Notes under the pieces: model-generated
What the model saw: the letters and a program-made list of their open reading frames with translations, nothing else
The model's database searches: none
Told to the model about the DNA's origin: nothing
Assembly: GCA_046570105.1 (NCBI GenBank)
Contig: JBKHVI010000007.1
Span: 1 to 64,000, forward strand
DNA from: Bacteriovoracia bacterium
GTDB taxonomy: Bacteria; Bdellovibrionota; Bacteriovoracia; Bacteriovoracales; Bacteriovoracaceae
DNA: 64,000 bases
Direction: 5' to 3'
Part shown: positions 49,283 through 60,058 of the stretch, one piece after another
Layout of the letters: every line of letters starts with the position of its first letter
How positions within the stretch are numbered: the first letter of the stretch is position 1
Made by a program: the position numbers and the translations under genes

Positions 49283-50767
49283 ATGGGTTCGTACGTCCTT
49301 GCAATTGATCAAGGTACTACCGGCACGACAGCTTTGCTAATTGATGCCGATTCACTCGAAATTAAATCTGAAGGTTCAGAGGATTATCCACAAATTTATC
49401 CTAAGCCAGGATGGGTGGAGCATGACCTCAATCAAATTTGGACGACAGTAAAAAATACCGTTCAGATCGCTTTAAAAAACGCCAATGCAAAGCCTTCTGA
49501 AATTATGGCGATTGGGATTACTAACCAGCGAGAAACGACCTGTGCTTATAACAAAGCGGGCACACCACTGAGTAACGCAATTGTTTGGCAGGATCGCCGC
49601 ACTTCTGCTTTCTGCGCAGATCATAAAGATTCATTTAAAAATAAGTACACCCCTAAGACCGGTCTACCTCTCGATCCCTACTTTTCCGGTAGCAAGATGA
49701 AATGGCTCTTGGAAAACGTTCCTGCTGTTAAAGCAGCTGCTGACAAAGAAGATCTGCGACTTTCAACCATCGATACTTTCGTTCTTTATAAATTAACGAG
49801 TGGTGATTCGTTTGCCACCGAACCTTCAAATGCCAGCCGCACTCAACTTCTCTCATTAGAAACTTTTACTTGGGACGATGAGCTCATTCGATTTTTTAAT
49901 GTTCCTAGATCTGCTCTACCTAAGGTTCAAGATACATTTGGAGAATTCGGCAAAACGCGAGGTCTGGACTTTTTACCAGACGGCATCCCTGTTGCGTGCT
50001 TGTTTGGTGATCAACAGTCTGCTCTTTTTGGTCAGGCCTGTCTCAATGTTGGTGATATTAAATGTACTTACGGTACCGGAGCCTTCTTGTTGGTAAACAC
50101 TGGCGAGAAGCGAGTCTTTTCGCAACAAGGCCTCTTAACTACTGGCGCTTACGGATACAAAGGTAAGCAGATTTATGCCCTAGAAGGAGCAAGTTACATT
50201 GCTGGTGCAGCTGTCCAATGGTTGCGCGACAATTTAAAACTGATTTCAAAAAGTCATGAAGTCGAAGCACTCGCTCGCCAAGTAACGAACCTTGAACAAA
50301 TGGAACACTTATTATTCTTTCCATTCTTTACTGGTATCGCAGCTCCTTATTGGGTCTCAGAAGCGAAAGGCGCAATTCTAGGCATGACACGCGATACGGG
50401 AGCGGCCCATATTGCTCGCGCCTGTTTAGACGGTGTAGCACTCGCGGTGAATGACTGTGTTCAAGCATTCCAAAGAGACTTGGGAAAACTTAACGATATC
50501 AAAGTCGATGGTGGGGCCACTGCCAACTCTCTCTTGATGCAATCTCAGGCTAACTTCTCTGGAAAAAAAATTCTAAGACCAAAAAATATTGAAACGACAG
50601 CTTACGGAGCTGCTCTTGGGGCACTTGTAGGCCTTGGCAAAATTCAAATCAGTGATGTGGGTAGGCTCTGGAAGCTTGATCAGGAGTTTACACCTGATAG
50701 CGGTGCCCACTATTATTCCAAAAAAGCGGATCAGTGGAATCGCACCCTTAAAAGGCTTTATCTATGA
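49283..50767 (+). CDS. glpK: Glycerol kinase
   Basis: AIDQGTT, GITNQRET, AIVWQDRRT, DPYFS, GDQQSALFGQ, YGTG.F, DGG. Confidence 0.95.
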   Translation: MGSYVLAIDQGTTGTTALLIDADSLEIKSEGSEDYPQIYPKPGWVEHDLNQIWTTVKNTVQIALKNANAKPSEIMAIGITNQRETTCAYNKAGTPLSNAIVWQDRRTSAFCADHKDSFKNKYTPKTGLPLDPYFSGSKMKWLLENVPAVKAAADKEDLRLSTIDTFVLYKLTSGDSFATEPSNASRTQLLSLETFTWDDELIRFFNVPRSALPKVQDTFGEFGKTRGLDFLPDGIPVACLFGDQQSALFGQACLNVGDIKCTYGTGAFLLVNTGEKRVFSQQGLLTTGAYGYKGKQIYALEGASYIAGAAVQWLRDNLKLISKSHEVEALARQVTNLEQMEHLLFFPFFTGIAAPYWVSEAKGAILGMTRDTGAAHIARACLDGVALAVNDCVQAFQRDLGKLNDIKVDGGATANSLLMQSQANFSGKKILRPKNIETTAYGAALGALVGLGKIQISDVGRLWKLDQEFTPDSGAHYYSKKADQWNRTLKRLYL

Positions 50768-51075
50768 GAATGCAAGTAAGAAGCGGCGGAATCCCTTGGT
50801 GGGTTTTTGTGGGCGGCATTGGCTTTCTCATCTTTGGGGGATGGAAAGGATTTTTTGGTGCAATTGCAGGTGTTATCCTAATTCCGATTGCCCTCGTTTT
50901 TACATTCGCTCTGGGCTTCTTTTTTTGGTCAATCTACATCGCTAAAAAATATGGAAAACAGCCAAGACAGTCTCCTTTTCAATTTGAAAGGGAGGACGAA
51001 CGTCCTTTAAATTCAAATGAAAACGTGATTGAAACTGAGGCGACTGTTATTAAAAGTGAAAAAGACACTCTTTAA
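50764..51075 (+). CDS. Hypothetical small membrane protein
   Basis: 2 TMs plus C-terminal VIETEATVI; ATGA overlap with the glpK stop. Confidence 0.65.
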   Translation: MRMQVRSGGIPWWVFVGGIGFLIFGGWKGFFGAIAGVILIPIALVFTFALGFFFWSIYIAKKYGKQPRQSPFQFEREDERPLNSNENVIETEATVIKSEKDTL

Positions 51076-52445
51076 AACAGCATACCCTTAAGATCGCTTG
51101 CTCTTTTTAGGCCTTGCATTTCAATTTTGAATTTTCCGTTATATTCCCTCACCGCTCTCTCGGATGTAATGACTCGCTTATAATTCATTTGCGAGGCTTC
51201 TCTCAGGCGAAGCTCCATCATGGGAACTGACCTCACTTCACCTGTAAGACCCACTTCCCCAAGAAACAAAGTATCTTGAGGAATTGATTTTCCGTAGAAA
51301 GAGCTTAGTAGCGAAGCGACAACACTCAAATCCGTTTCGCGGCCTTGAAGCTTAAGACCTCCAACCACATTGACGTAAATATCATTGTAAGAGAGAGGTA
51401 TTCCGACATATTTATCAATGACCGCCACCAACAAGGCAACACGATTAGAATCAAGTCCTTGAGTCACTCGTCGGCCAGTGCCAAATTTGTTTTCAACCAC
51501 GAGTGCTTGAATTTCTACAAAGAGCGCTCTCGTTCCTTCCAGAATACAACTTAAACTGCGACCAAATGAATCGGGCAGGGTTTGATCTAGAAAGTATTGT
51601 GATGGATTCTCTACTTCTTTAAGTCCATCTTCGCGCATTTCGAAAATACCTATTTCATTTGTATTACCGAAACGATTTTTCATTGAGCGCAATATTCTGT
51701 ATTGACCGTACTGATCGCCTTCAAAATAAACAACTGTGTCGACCATGTGCTCTAAAATTTTGGGGCCAGCGATGCTACCTTCTTTGGTAACGTGGCCAAT
51801 TATAAAACAGGTAAGCCCCATCGATTTGGCGTGATTCATCAATTCGTATGTCACTTCTCTGATTTGTGACATAGTCCCTGCGGGTGAATCAAGTTGACCA
51901 GAAACGGTCGTTTGGATCGAGTCGAGCACCAAAAAGTCTGGCTTAATTTCTCTGATGGCTTCAACCACCCGCTCCCAACGAGTTTCGTGAAATATATAAA
52001 ACTCTTCGCTGGTGATGCCCAAGCGCTTCGATCTTCCGGCTATCTGGGCCTCAGACTCTTCTCCAGAAACATAAAGTACTTTTTCCGCTTGTTTTTCTGA
52101 CAAGAGAGCGCCACAAACTTCCATCAGAAGTGTCGACTTACCGATGCCTGGCTCACCACCAATTAATGTTAGTGAACCACGAGTTATGCCGCCGCCTACA
52201 ACTCGATCAAACTCTTTCCAGCCCGTATTGAAGCGAGCATATTTTTTCATCTCAACTTTGGAGATCGTTTTTGGAGTAGAAAGAACTGAAGCTTCTCCGC
52301 GCACCGCTGCCTTAGCAGAAAGTTTTGGGGCGACTTCACCCTCTTCAAAGGTATTCCAAGTGCTGCAATCAGGACAACGACCTAACCACTTAGGAGATTG
52401 ATATCCACAAGACTGGCAGCTAAAAACAGTTTTAATTTTGGCCAT
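51072..52445 (-). CDS. radA: DNA repair protein RadA/Sms
   Basis: CQSCG..KWLGRCPDC zinc finger, GEPGIGKST, DSIQT, KNRFG, GEVGLTGE; ATG 52445. Confidence 0.97.
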   Translation of the reverse strand: MAKIKTVFSCQSCGYQSPKWLGRCPDCSTWNTFEEGEVAPKLSAKAAVRGEASVLSTPKTISKVEMKKYARFNTGWKEFDRVVGGGITRGSLTLIGGEPGIGKSTLLMEVCGALLSEKQAEKVLYVSGEESEAQIAGRSKRLGITSEEFYIFHETRWERVVEAIREIKPDFLVLDSIQTTVSGQLDSPAGTMSQIREVTYELMNHAKSMGLTCFIIGHVTKEGSIAGPKILEHMVDTVVYFEGDQYGQYRILRSMKNRFGNTNEIGIFEMREDGLKEVENPSQYFLDQTLPDSFGRSLSCILEGTRALFVEIQALVVENKFGTGRRVTQGLDSNRVALLVAVIDKYVGIPLSYNDIYVNVVGGLKLQGRETDLSVVASLLSSFYGKSIPQDTLFLGEVGLTGEVRSVPMMELRLREASQMNYKRVITSERAVREYNGKFKIEMQGLKRASDLKGMLF

Positions 52446-52446
52446 A

Positions 52447-54336
52447 CTATCCCTCGATGAGTTTAAAGAATGCCGCTTCACTTAGAACGGGCGTTCCGAT
52501 TTCAAGCGCCTTCTTATACTTACTTGAGGAGGGATCGGTATCATTAGTTAATAAATAATCTGTATTTTTCGAGACTGAACCAACGACAATGCCACCGTTC
52601 TTCTTAATTTGTTTTTCGATTTCACCCCGTGGGGCCGAAAGTGTTCCAGTTATGCAAATCTTTTTGCCCTCTAATACGCCACCTTCGATAACTTCAGGCA
52701 CTAAAATTTCAAAATCGAGTTTTATGAGTTCTTTGATGAGTTTTTTCTTTTCTTGGATTGATCGAACTATGTCGGTGGCACTTTTTTCGGCAAAACCATC
52801 TATTGATGAAAGTGTCGCGACATCCAGTGCCATCAATTTTTCCAAACTATTATGTCCATGAGCGACAATCTTCTCTGCCTTGGTGGTTGAAACACCCTCA
52901 ACACCAATGGCCGACATAAAAACAGCTAAATCGATCCGTTTGGTTTTTTGAATATTATCAAATAGTTTCTGCGCCAACTTCTCTTTCACCTTATCGAAGG
53001 TAAGAAGGTCCATCACGGTAATGCGATAAAGATCAGGTATATCTTTAACAAAATCACGATTGATCATTTCTTGAAGACGTTTTTCACTTAAATCTTCAAT
53101 GTTGGCCTGTCGTATCCAGTGAAGAATTGATTCTAAGCGCTTGCCTGGACATTCGTCATTGGTACAGAGAAGCCAGATATCCTCTTGTGTTAGCTTGGCT
53201 TCGCAACTTGGACATTTTTCTGGCAAAGATGCTTTTCCGGGTTTTGATGTTTTAACCGAAAGAAATTTTGGAATGACTTCACCTGATCTAACGATTTCAA
53301 TTTGATCGCCTGACTTCAAAGAGAAATCTTTAACAATCCCCATGTTATGAAGTGTGACGCGGGAGATCTGTGCCCCCGATAGCTCAATGGGCTCAACTTC
53401 TGCAACAGGTGTAAGGCGACCATTACGGGATACCTGCCAAGTGATGCTATTAATGGTTGTAACCTTACTCTCACCTTGAAACTTAAAAGCAAGTTTATAG
53501 CGAGGATGATGGCTCGTCTCACCCAGCTCCTCGTGCAACTTTTGATCATCCAAAACAAAGACTAGCCCATCAATGAGATAATCTCCTTCAGACATAAATA
53601 TCTTAGCTTCTTCGATTCTTTTCTTTAGTGAGGTTGAACTTGAGTGTAATTGCCACTCAGGTACATCAAATCCAAGTGAAGATAAATCTTTGAGTTTGTC
53701 CGACTCCGTTTGATGATTAGCTCCAATTGAATCAAAGGCTTGAAAGCTGAGGTGCTTGGCAAAGGTAATGTGTTCTTTCCGACCCAATAATCCCGCCACG
53801 ATATTTCTCTGAGAAGTCGGTCGCTCGAGATTTTGTCTTTCCATTTCACCAGCGATTGCATGAAAAGCATTCGCACGACAGAAGATCTCTCCACGAATTT
53901 CAAGATCAACTGCTTTGGATAATTTTTTAGGTATATCAGAAATATAGGCAACCTTGCGTGTGATATTCTCACCCTGGCTACCATCTCCACGAGTTTTGGC
54001 CATAATCAATCGGCCCTTCTCATAGACTAGTGAGCAGCTTGAGCCATCTATCTTGAAAACACTCACCAATTTACCCTGTTCAAGAAATTTTACTAAATCC
54101 TCTTCAAGATAGGTTTTTTCTAGAGAGAGCATTTTTTTTTGATGAGACACTTTTTCGGAACTACTATCAACAGGACTTCCTATCAGTTCTAGAACCGTAT
54201 TTTTTGGATCAATCTTTTTGAGCTCAGCTTCTAACGCATCATAGGCCTCGTCAGATATTTCTGCATGCCCCTGATAGTAGAGTGATTTGTGATGAGTAAT
54301 TAGTTTTTCGAGTTCTCTTATGCGCTTGTCACTCAT
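52447..54336 (-). CDS. ligA: NAD-dependent DNA ligase
   Basis: ISD..YD, MLSL, KIDG, TRGDG, RGE, AFKF, TLHN, C4 zinc finger, HhH, BRCT. Confidence 0.95.
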   Translation of the reverse strand: MSDKRIRELEKLITHHKSLYYQGHAEISDEAYDALEAELKKIDPKNTVLELIGSPVDSSSEKVSHQKKMLSLEKTYLEEDLVKFLEQGKLVSVFKIDGSSCSLVYEKGRLIMAKTRGDGSQGENITRKVAYISDIPKKLSKAVDLEIRGEIFCRANAFHAIAGEMERQNLERPTSQRNIVAGLLGRKEHITFAKHLSFQAFDSIGANHQTESDKLKDLSSLGFDVPEWQLHSSSTSLKKRIEEAKIFMSEGDYLIDGLVFVLDDQKLHEELGETSHHPRYKLAFKFQGESKVTTINSITWQVSRNGRLTPVAEVEPIELSGAQISRVTLHNMGIVKDFSLKSGDQIEIVRSGEVIPKFLSVKTSKPGKASLPEKCPSCEAKLTQEDIWLLCTNDECPGKRLESILHWIRQANIEDLSEKRLQEMINRDFVKDIPDLYRITVMDLLTFDKVKEKLAQKLFDNIQKTKRIDLAVFMSAIGVEGVSTTKAEKIVAHGHNSLEKLMALDVATLSSIDGFAEKSATDIVRSIQEKKKLIKELIKLDFEILVPEVIEGGVLEGKKICITGTLSAPRGEIEKQIKKNGGIVVGSVSKNTDYLLTNDTDPSSSKYKKALEIGTPVLSEAAFFKLIEG

Positions 54337-55679
54337 ATCTTGTGTCGCTGGTTGTAGTTATCAAGCGCCGCTTTCACTCGGGGCGCCACCACAACCGTAG
54401 CAACAATATTGGGAATCGTCATGAGCGCATAGGCTATATCAATGAGGTTCACTACGTTTTCCGCTGCTAGAACAGATCCAACTAATATCGTACCAACATA
54501 CCAAAGCTGAAAACTATTCTGCCTAAAAAATGCCCTACCGCGAAAGATATAATCCCAGCACTTCTGATTATAATTCGCCATGCCAAGCATCGTTGAATAG
54601 GCAAAGAGGAGAATGCTAATTCCTAAAAAGTGTTTTCCCCATACTCCTAAATTCATTTCAAATGCGAGTGTTGTAAGTTCAATACCGGATAATTTTGGAA
54701 TATCGGTGCCCACAAAATTAACGAGAATTACGAGTGCGGTGAGTGTGCAGATAACAAGTGTGTCTAATAGTGGCCCCAACATTGCCACATAGCCTTCTGC
54801 TACAGGCTCAGGGCTACTCGAATTTGAATGAGCCATCGGCGCAGTCCCAAGTCCTGCTTCATTAGAAAAAGTCGCGCGCTTAATTCCTGTCACCATAATG
54901 TGAATAAGGCCGTAAGAAAGTGTTCCATATAGAGCTGATTTGGCAGTGAAGGCGTGAGTGAATATATCAATTAACAACGTTGGGATTATTTGGATGTGCA
55001 TTGAAAGAATAATCAAACAAACACTCACATAAACAACGCTCATAAAGGGTACGATGGCAGAACAAACGTTAGAGAGTCTCTTGAGTCCTCCACGCAGAAC
55101 CCACAGCGTAATGATTGAAAAGAACACACCCGAGTACCAATTTGGAATATTATAACTTTTTGCCCCGAAGCTACTTAGTTGATTAATCTGAAACATCGAT
55201 AATGTTCCGATCATTCCACAGCCCGCAAATAACATCGCAAGAAACGACCATTTCTTGTGTAGAACTTGAGGAATCGTGTACATGGCGCCACCTTGCCAGT
55301 GTCCGCGATAATCACGTGCGCGATAAATGAGCGCCGCTGTACATTCAAAGAATTTTGTATTCATTCCGATAATCGCTGCAATCCACATCCAAAGAATAAC
55401 CCCAGGGCCACCCTGCGCGATTGCAATCGCCACACCAGAAATATTTCCGAGCCCTACAGTGGCAGCGATTGCATTGCAAAATGTTTGAAAATGAGGGATT
55501 TGACCATCTTCGACTTTTTCATCTTTGTGGCGCAGAAGTTTCGCGGCGTGGAGAATTCCCTTCAGCGGTAAGAAGCGAGACAACCATAAAAGATAAAAAT
55601 TTGCAGAGAATAGAAAAATGACTAGCGGTAACCCCCAAACAAAATCGACAATTTGCTGGAGAATTACCGTGATAGTCAT
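54333..55679 (-). CDS. Alanine/glycine:cation symporter (AGCS family)
   Basis: ATVGLGNISGVA, GGPG..WMW, FSNEAGLGTAP, DTLVICT. Confidence 0.92.
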   Translation of the reverse strand: MTITVILQQIVDFVWGLPLVIFLFSANFYLLWLSRFLPLKGILHAAKLLRHKDEKVEDGQIPHFQTFCNAIAATVGLGNISGVAIAIAQGGPGVILWMWIAAIIGMNTKFFECTAALIYRARDYRGHWQGGAMYTIPQVLHKKWSFLAMLFAGCGMIGTLSMFQINQLSSFGAKSYNIPNWYSGVFFSIITLWVLRGGLKRLSNVCSAIVPFMSVVYVSVCLIILSMHIQIIPTLLIDIFTHAFTAKSALYGTLSYGLIHIMVTGIKRATFSNEAGLGTAPMAHSNSSSPEPVAEGYVAMLGPLLDTLVICTLTALVILVNFVGTDIPKLSGIELTTLAFEMNLGVWGKHFLGISILLFAYSTMLGMANYNQKCWDYIFRGRAFFRQNSFQLWYVGTILVGSVLAAENVVNLIDIAYALMTIPNIVATVVVAPRVKAALDNYNQRHKI

Positions 55680-55680
55680 A

Positions 55681-57147
55681 TTAGAAATTTATACTCGCGC
55701 CGGCCTTGAGCGCTGTATCCGTTGCTGACACTGATCGTACATCACCCTTGAATGTCGCCTTGGTGCTCGACATCTCAAGCATTCCATCTAGCGTGATTGA
55801 TGGACTATACTGATACTTCACGCCCAATTCCATCTGCAACCATGATGAACTTTTTGCACTTCCATAAACCGAGTCTTCATCATTAAATTCTGGGAAAGGC
55901 ATGAATTCGGCACGCAGAACTCCGCGATACTCACGACCAACCGGGAAGTTTGTTCCAACGCCAAGGTAGAAACCAGAATATCCAAACTCACCAAAACCAT
56001 CAGCTTCACTGACATCCGCTTTATAGGTGCTCGTTGAATAACCACCATAGAGGTCTACTTGTGGGCCATAGAAAAAGCCCAGGGGAAGATATTTATATCC
56101 TCCCCCGATTTTAAATGTTCCGCGCTGATAATCAACTTTACTGCTATCAAGGTCGCCGGAGGTTTTCTTAAGTGTTCCAAGCGAACGATCAATTTCGAAT
56201 AAGCCGAACCAATTTCTTGTTACCCACGCCTCTGCACGGCCCTCGAATCCAAGCATATAGCCACCGACTCTTTTTGAACCACCAGCTGATGCATTGAGTG
56301 ACGATGAGCTTGCTACTAAATAGAATGATGCAATCCCTAGTTTTCCAAAGGCTTCTTTGTTGTCGACAGGATAACGAAGTTCGTCGAGCGTTTTGTCGTC
56401 TTTTAATTTTTCCAAGCGAACCCAGTCGCCCACTTGAAGCTTCACGTCTGATTTATAAACTTTCACGACTCCCAAGGCTTGGTTATCCGAGATACTGAAA
56501 ACCTTGCCGGTCGCCATAACGCGTGCATCCCACTCTACAACTTTTTTTAGAAGTGGATGTTTTTTGATCCCCTTGAGTCTTTTAGCGGTAAACTCTTGAC
56601 CTATTTTGATTGTATAGCCTTTGCCAATATCAAGTGTGATCTGATCACCAAGGATGCCGGTGATTCTCCCGTCATAGGGTATGATTTTACCGAATATCTC
56701 AAGCCAATTTCTAATTGTTTGTGCGGCGACTTCAAGATCATCATTGTTCAAAACTGATCGTTCCGAGAAAAGAATATCGTCGCCATTTGCACCCACGACA
56801 TCGAGTTGCACTTCCAGGCTTGAGATTTCTTTTACAAGATTAATGCGAATTATTGAGCCGGCCTTTAATTTATCGGCAACAACGCGAACTACCTCAGGTG
56901 TCTTGAGATGTTGATGCAAGTTTTCTCGGTAACGACTAAAAATCCCAAGCAAATCCGAGTTTGATTGATACTGACACCATGTTGTTTCTTTTAAGTATGT
57001 TTCTAGTTCTGCAAAAACTTTTGTCCCAAGTGCGCCATTTAAGCCATCGGAAATCGGCAACAGTACACATCGACGCATAGAATAGGCATCCTGGGCGATT
57101 GCGAACCCAGACATCAGTAATAAAACAATCAAAAGAATGCTTTTCAC
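55681..57147 (-). CDS. Exported protein with FlgT-like domain(s) and C-terminal outer-membrane beta-barrel
   Basis: Signal peptide; GRITGI.GDQITLDIG..G.KIG.EF (FlgT-C-like); amphipathic strands; terminal GASINF. Confidence 0.65.
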   Translation of the reverse strand: MKSILLIVLLLMSGFAIAQDAYSMRRCVLLPISDGLNGALGTKVFAELETYLKETTWCQYQSNSDLLGIFSRYRENLHQHLKTPEVVRVVADKLKAGSIIRINLVKEISSLEVQLDVVGANGDDILFSERSVLNNDDLEVAAQTIRNWLEIFGKIIPYDGRITGILGDQITLDIGKGYTIKIGQEFTAKRLKGIKKHPLLKKVVEWDARVMATGKVFSISDNQALGVVKVYKSDVKLQVGDWVRLEKLKDDKTLDELRYPVDNKEAFGKLGIASFYLVASSSSLNASAGGSKRVGGYMLGFEGRAEAWVTRNWFGLFEIDRSLGTLKKTSGDLDSSKVDYQRGTFKIGGGYKYLPLGFFYGPQVDLYGGYSTSTYKADVSEADGFGEFGYSGFYLGVGTNFPVGREYRGVLRAEFMPFPEFNDEDSVYGSAKSSSWLQMELGVKYQYSPSITLDGMLEMSSTKATFKGDVRSVSATDTALKAGASINF

Positions 57148-57461
57148 GCGTGAACATCTCCTGCAGAGGTGGGATCGCCTTCATAAAGACGGATAAGCAT
57201 TTTGGCTTCAGCAAGCTCTTCACCTAACCGTCTGTTCTCGAGTTTTAAACGTTGAAGTTCAAATTTGAGGCTTACTAATTCACTTTCTTTTTTGAGATCA
57301 ATATCGCTCGTGGCCGCTGGGGTCCAGATGAGATATTTTCCTTCAACTTCTTTCCATTTGACTAAATTTGCTTTGATATGACGCCGAATAGTCGATATCG
57401 ACACTTTTTTGTAGTGTGAGTAGTCAAGAATGGATAACCAGGTCCCTTCCGTGTTGGCCAT
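57144..57461 (-). CDS. Small excisionase/MerR-like HTH protein with coiled coil
   Basis: WLSILDYS..KKVSISTIRRHIK...GKYLI then heptad repeat; GGAGG RBS; TTTACA-N17-TAATAT promoter. Confidence 0.7.
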   Translation of the reverse strand: MANTEGTWLSILDYSHYKKVSISTIRRHIKANLVKWKEVEGKYLIWTPAATSDIDLKKESELVSLKFELQRLKLENRRLGEELAEAKMLIRLYEGDPTSAGDVHA

Positions 57462-57521
57462 GCGTCCTCCGTTTTTCTATACTTCATATTAGAGAAGACC
57501 ACTGAGGGTGTAAATTTTAGA

Positions 57522-58709
57522 ATGAAAGCTCTTAACTTAGACGAATTTAAAAACAAGAAAATCGCCCTCGTATTGTCAGGGGGTGTGGTTAAAGCCGCTG
57601 CTTGGCACTTAGGTGTGGCGCATGCCCTTGAAGAATTGGGTTTTCACTTAAAAAGCAACAAAAACACTCGGGAATCTGAGCTTAAAACTCACTCATTAGA
57701 GATTGGAACCTACGTCGGTTCGTCGGCAGGTGCCATGACCTGTGTTTTTCTAGCGACCGGCTTCACCCCTCAGGACGTTATTCAATCAACGCTAGGTTAT
57801 AAAAACTCGCGCCTGAAGCCTATCAGCTATCGTGATATGTTTCACGTCGGTCGCCACAAGATAAAGCCCACAAAAAGTGAATACTGGCACCCATTTGAAG
57901 AGTTTCCCGTCCTATTCAGGAATTTGGTTAAGCCTTTTGTCGGATTTTCAGGTTTTTTTACCACTGAAGGCGTACGCCAATATCTTTTAAAAAATGTTTT
58001 GGAAGTTGATAACTTCGAAGACTTCGCCGCTGATCTATTTATTGTAGCGACGCAACTCGATCACTCGCGCAAAGTTATTTTCTCACGCTACAACTATCCC
58101 AACCCGAGCCACGATACGACTTCTCAGTATTACACGGGTACACCCGTTTCAATTGCAGCGGCAGCCAGTATGTCAGTTCCGCCCTTCTTCGTGCCCTACC
58201 CCGTAAAGAACAATCTGAATGGTCAAATTGACTATTATATCGATGGTGAAATCCGCGAAACACTCTCAACTCACGTTGCAGAGGATAATGGCTGTGAGGT
58301 TATTATTAGCTCGTGGACACACACCCCTTATCATTACCATGATGAAATTGGCAGTCTTGTTAACTATGGTCTTCCCTCTATCGCGATTCAATCAATCTAC
58401 TTGATGATCCAAAAAAAGATCGTCACCCATAGGGCCGAGCGCGCCAAAGCCATTGATATTCTCGACACTGTTAATGCCTGGATGAAGGCTGAAAAGTTGC
58501 CAGAATCACAGCGAAGAAACTTAATGGCGATTCTACAACGAAAATTAAACGTTAATCCTAAGGTTCGTTTTATTGATATTGCTCCCGACCACAATGATTA
58601 CAAATTATTTTTTGGGAATCACTTTACCCTAAGCCCCAAGTCGGCTGGCCACGCAGTTGAAGCGGGTTATAAAAAGACCATGCAAGTCTTGAGTCAGCTG
58701 GAAAAATAA
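57522..58709 (+). CDS. Patatin-like phospholipase
   Basis: ALVLSGG, GSSAG nucleophile, ASMSVPPFF.P, IDG. Confidence 0.85.
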   Translation: MKALNLDEFKNKKIALVLSGGVVKAAAWHLGVAHALEELGFHLKSNKNTRESELKTHSLEIGTYVGSSAGAMTCVFLATGFTPQDVIQSTLGYKNSRLKPISYRDMFHVGRHKIKPTKSEYWHPFEEFPVLFRNLVKPFVGFSGFFTTEGVRQYLLKNVLEVDNFEDFAADLFIVATQLDHSRKVIFSRYNYPNPSHDTTSQYYTGTPVSIAAAASMSVPPFFVPYPVKNNLNGQIDYYIDGEIRETLSTHVAEDNGCEVIISSWTHTPYHYHDEIGSLVNYGLPSIAIQSIYLMIQKKIVTHRAERAKAIDILDTVNAWMKAEKLPESQRRNLMAILQRKLNVNPKVRFIDIAPDHNDYKLFFGNHFTLSPKSAGHAVEAGYKKTMQVLSQLEK

Positions 58710-60058
58710 TGCGCTATCTTTTTCTGTTTGCTCTCGCCATTATGTTGCCCCTGCAGGGCACAGATATTAGCTATCTTTCTGATGACCTCGCCGTCGCAAC
58801 GCAAGCCGGTGGGGCCGGGATCGTTGAGGCCCGTGCACTTCTTGATCAAAAAACAACTGACGATATTCTTGCTGATCATAAAAATATAATTCCAACCGAT
58901 TTCCACATTTCTCCCTACTTCTCTCCGTTCGTAATTTTTTGGTTTGGTATTTATACACGCTATAGTTCTGACCACATCGTGATTCATGATCGCGATAATT
59001 TATCTATTATTTATGCCGTACTCGACTTTTCACAAATTGAGCAGCAACTCAACCGAAATGCTCGCTCGGCGGTTGTACAAAAAATTTCACGCGAAAAGGC
59101 GAATGAAATAGCTGCTGTTCTGAGGATGCTTGCTAGGGGCCAGACAGATTCTAGGCTCTCATTGTCTGTGCTTAAAATTCTGCAAAAACATACGGGCGCA
59201 CTTCCCACTGACTCTATTGAGCGTGGGAAAATATTGAATATTAGGGCCAACAATATTCGCACCCAGACCGGACAACGTGATTTGATTGAAAAGGGTGTTA
59301 TGCGAATGCTCCCTTATCAACATTTTTTTGATGAAACCTTTGCACGCTTTAATCTCCCCAAGCAGCTAATTGCTATTCCCTTTCTTGAATCTAGCTTTAA
59401 TACCGAGGCCCACTCAAGAGTTGGTGCGCTTGGAATTTGGCAATTCATGCCCTTAATCGCTTCTTATTTTGTTCCGAAACGTACACCCACACTTGATTAC
59501 CGTAATAATCCCTTCATCTCATCAATCGCGGCGATGCATTTGCTGCGTGAAAATAAAATGATTCTTAAATCTTGGGATATGGCAGTCACAGCTTATAATT
59601 CAGGCACCAAGCATCTTCTCCTTGCTCGTAAGCAGCACGGCGCTACCCAGCTTGAGGATGTCTTCACGAAGTACCAGAACTCACACCTAGGATTTGCTTC
59701 CAAAAACTTTTATGCTGAATTCTTGGCACTGGTACACACCCTTACTTATGTAACTGATGTTTTTCCCAGCGCTCGTGCCGAACAAGAGGTAGAAACACCT
59801 CTGTTTGCCGTTTCTAAATGTTCATTTAAGCCTGTTGATCTTATAAAGAAGTACAAATTAAACGAAACGCTTTTTCGTGAGCTTAATCCCCACATTGAGT
59901 CGTTTAAGGGAATACTCCCAAAGGGAACAATTCTTGTTCACAACGGTTTTCTCCCCGCTAAAGTCTTTCGTTACGTAAGTGATAAAGAAACAGTCAAATA
60001 CCGTCCCATTCACTGGTCAAAAGACTTAGTGAAGAATCAGAGTTGCTCGACAAGATAA
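58709..60058 (+). CDS. MltD-like lytic transglycosylase
   Basis: R.QTGQ, IPFLESSF, GALGIWQFMP, TAYNSG, GFASKNFYAEFLA, degenerate LysM (ELNP). Confidence 0.85.
   Translation: MRYLFLFALAIMLPLQGTDISYLSDDLAVATQAGGAGIVEARALLDQKTTDDILADHKNIIPTDFHISPYFSPFVIFWFGIYTRYSSDHIVIHDRDNLSIIYAVLDFSQIEQQLNRNARSAVVQKISREKANEIAAVLRMLARGQTDSRLSLSVLKILQKHTGALPTDSIERGKILNIRANNIRTQTGQRDLIEKGVMRMLPYQHFFDETFARFNLPKQLIAIPFLESSFNTEAHSRVGALGIWQFMPLIASYFVPKRTPTLDYRNNPFISSIAAMHLLRENKMILKSWDMAVTAYNSGTKHLLLARKQHGATQLEDVFTKYQNSHLGFASKNFYAEFLALVHTLTYVTDVFPSARAEQEVETPLFAVSKCSFKPVDLIKKYKLNETLFRELNPHIESFKGILPKGTILVHNGFLPAKVFRYVSDKETVKYRPIHWSKDLVKNQSCSTR

Noticed and set aside
57144..57461. Excisionase-like HTH as evidence of a prophage or integrative element
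   Set aside because: No integrase, att repeats, phage genes or obvious compositional shift; embedded among core genes
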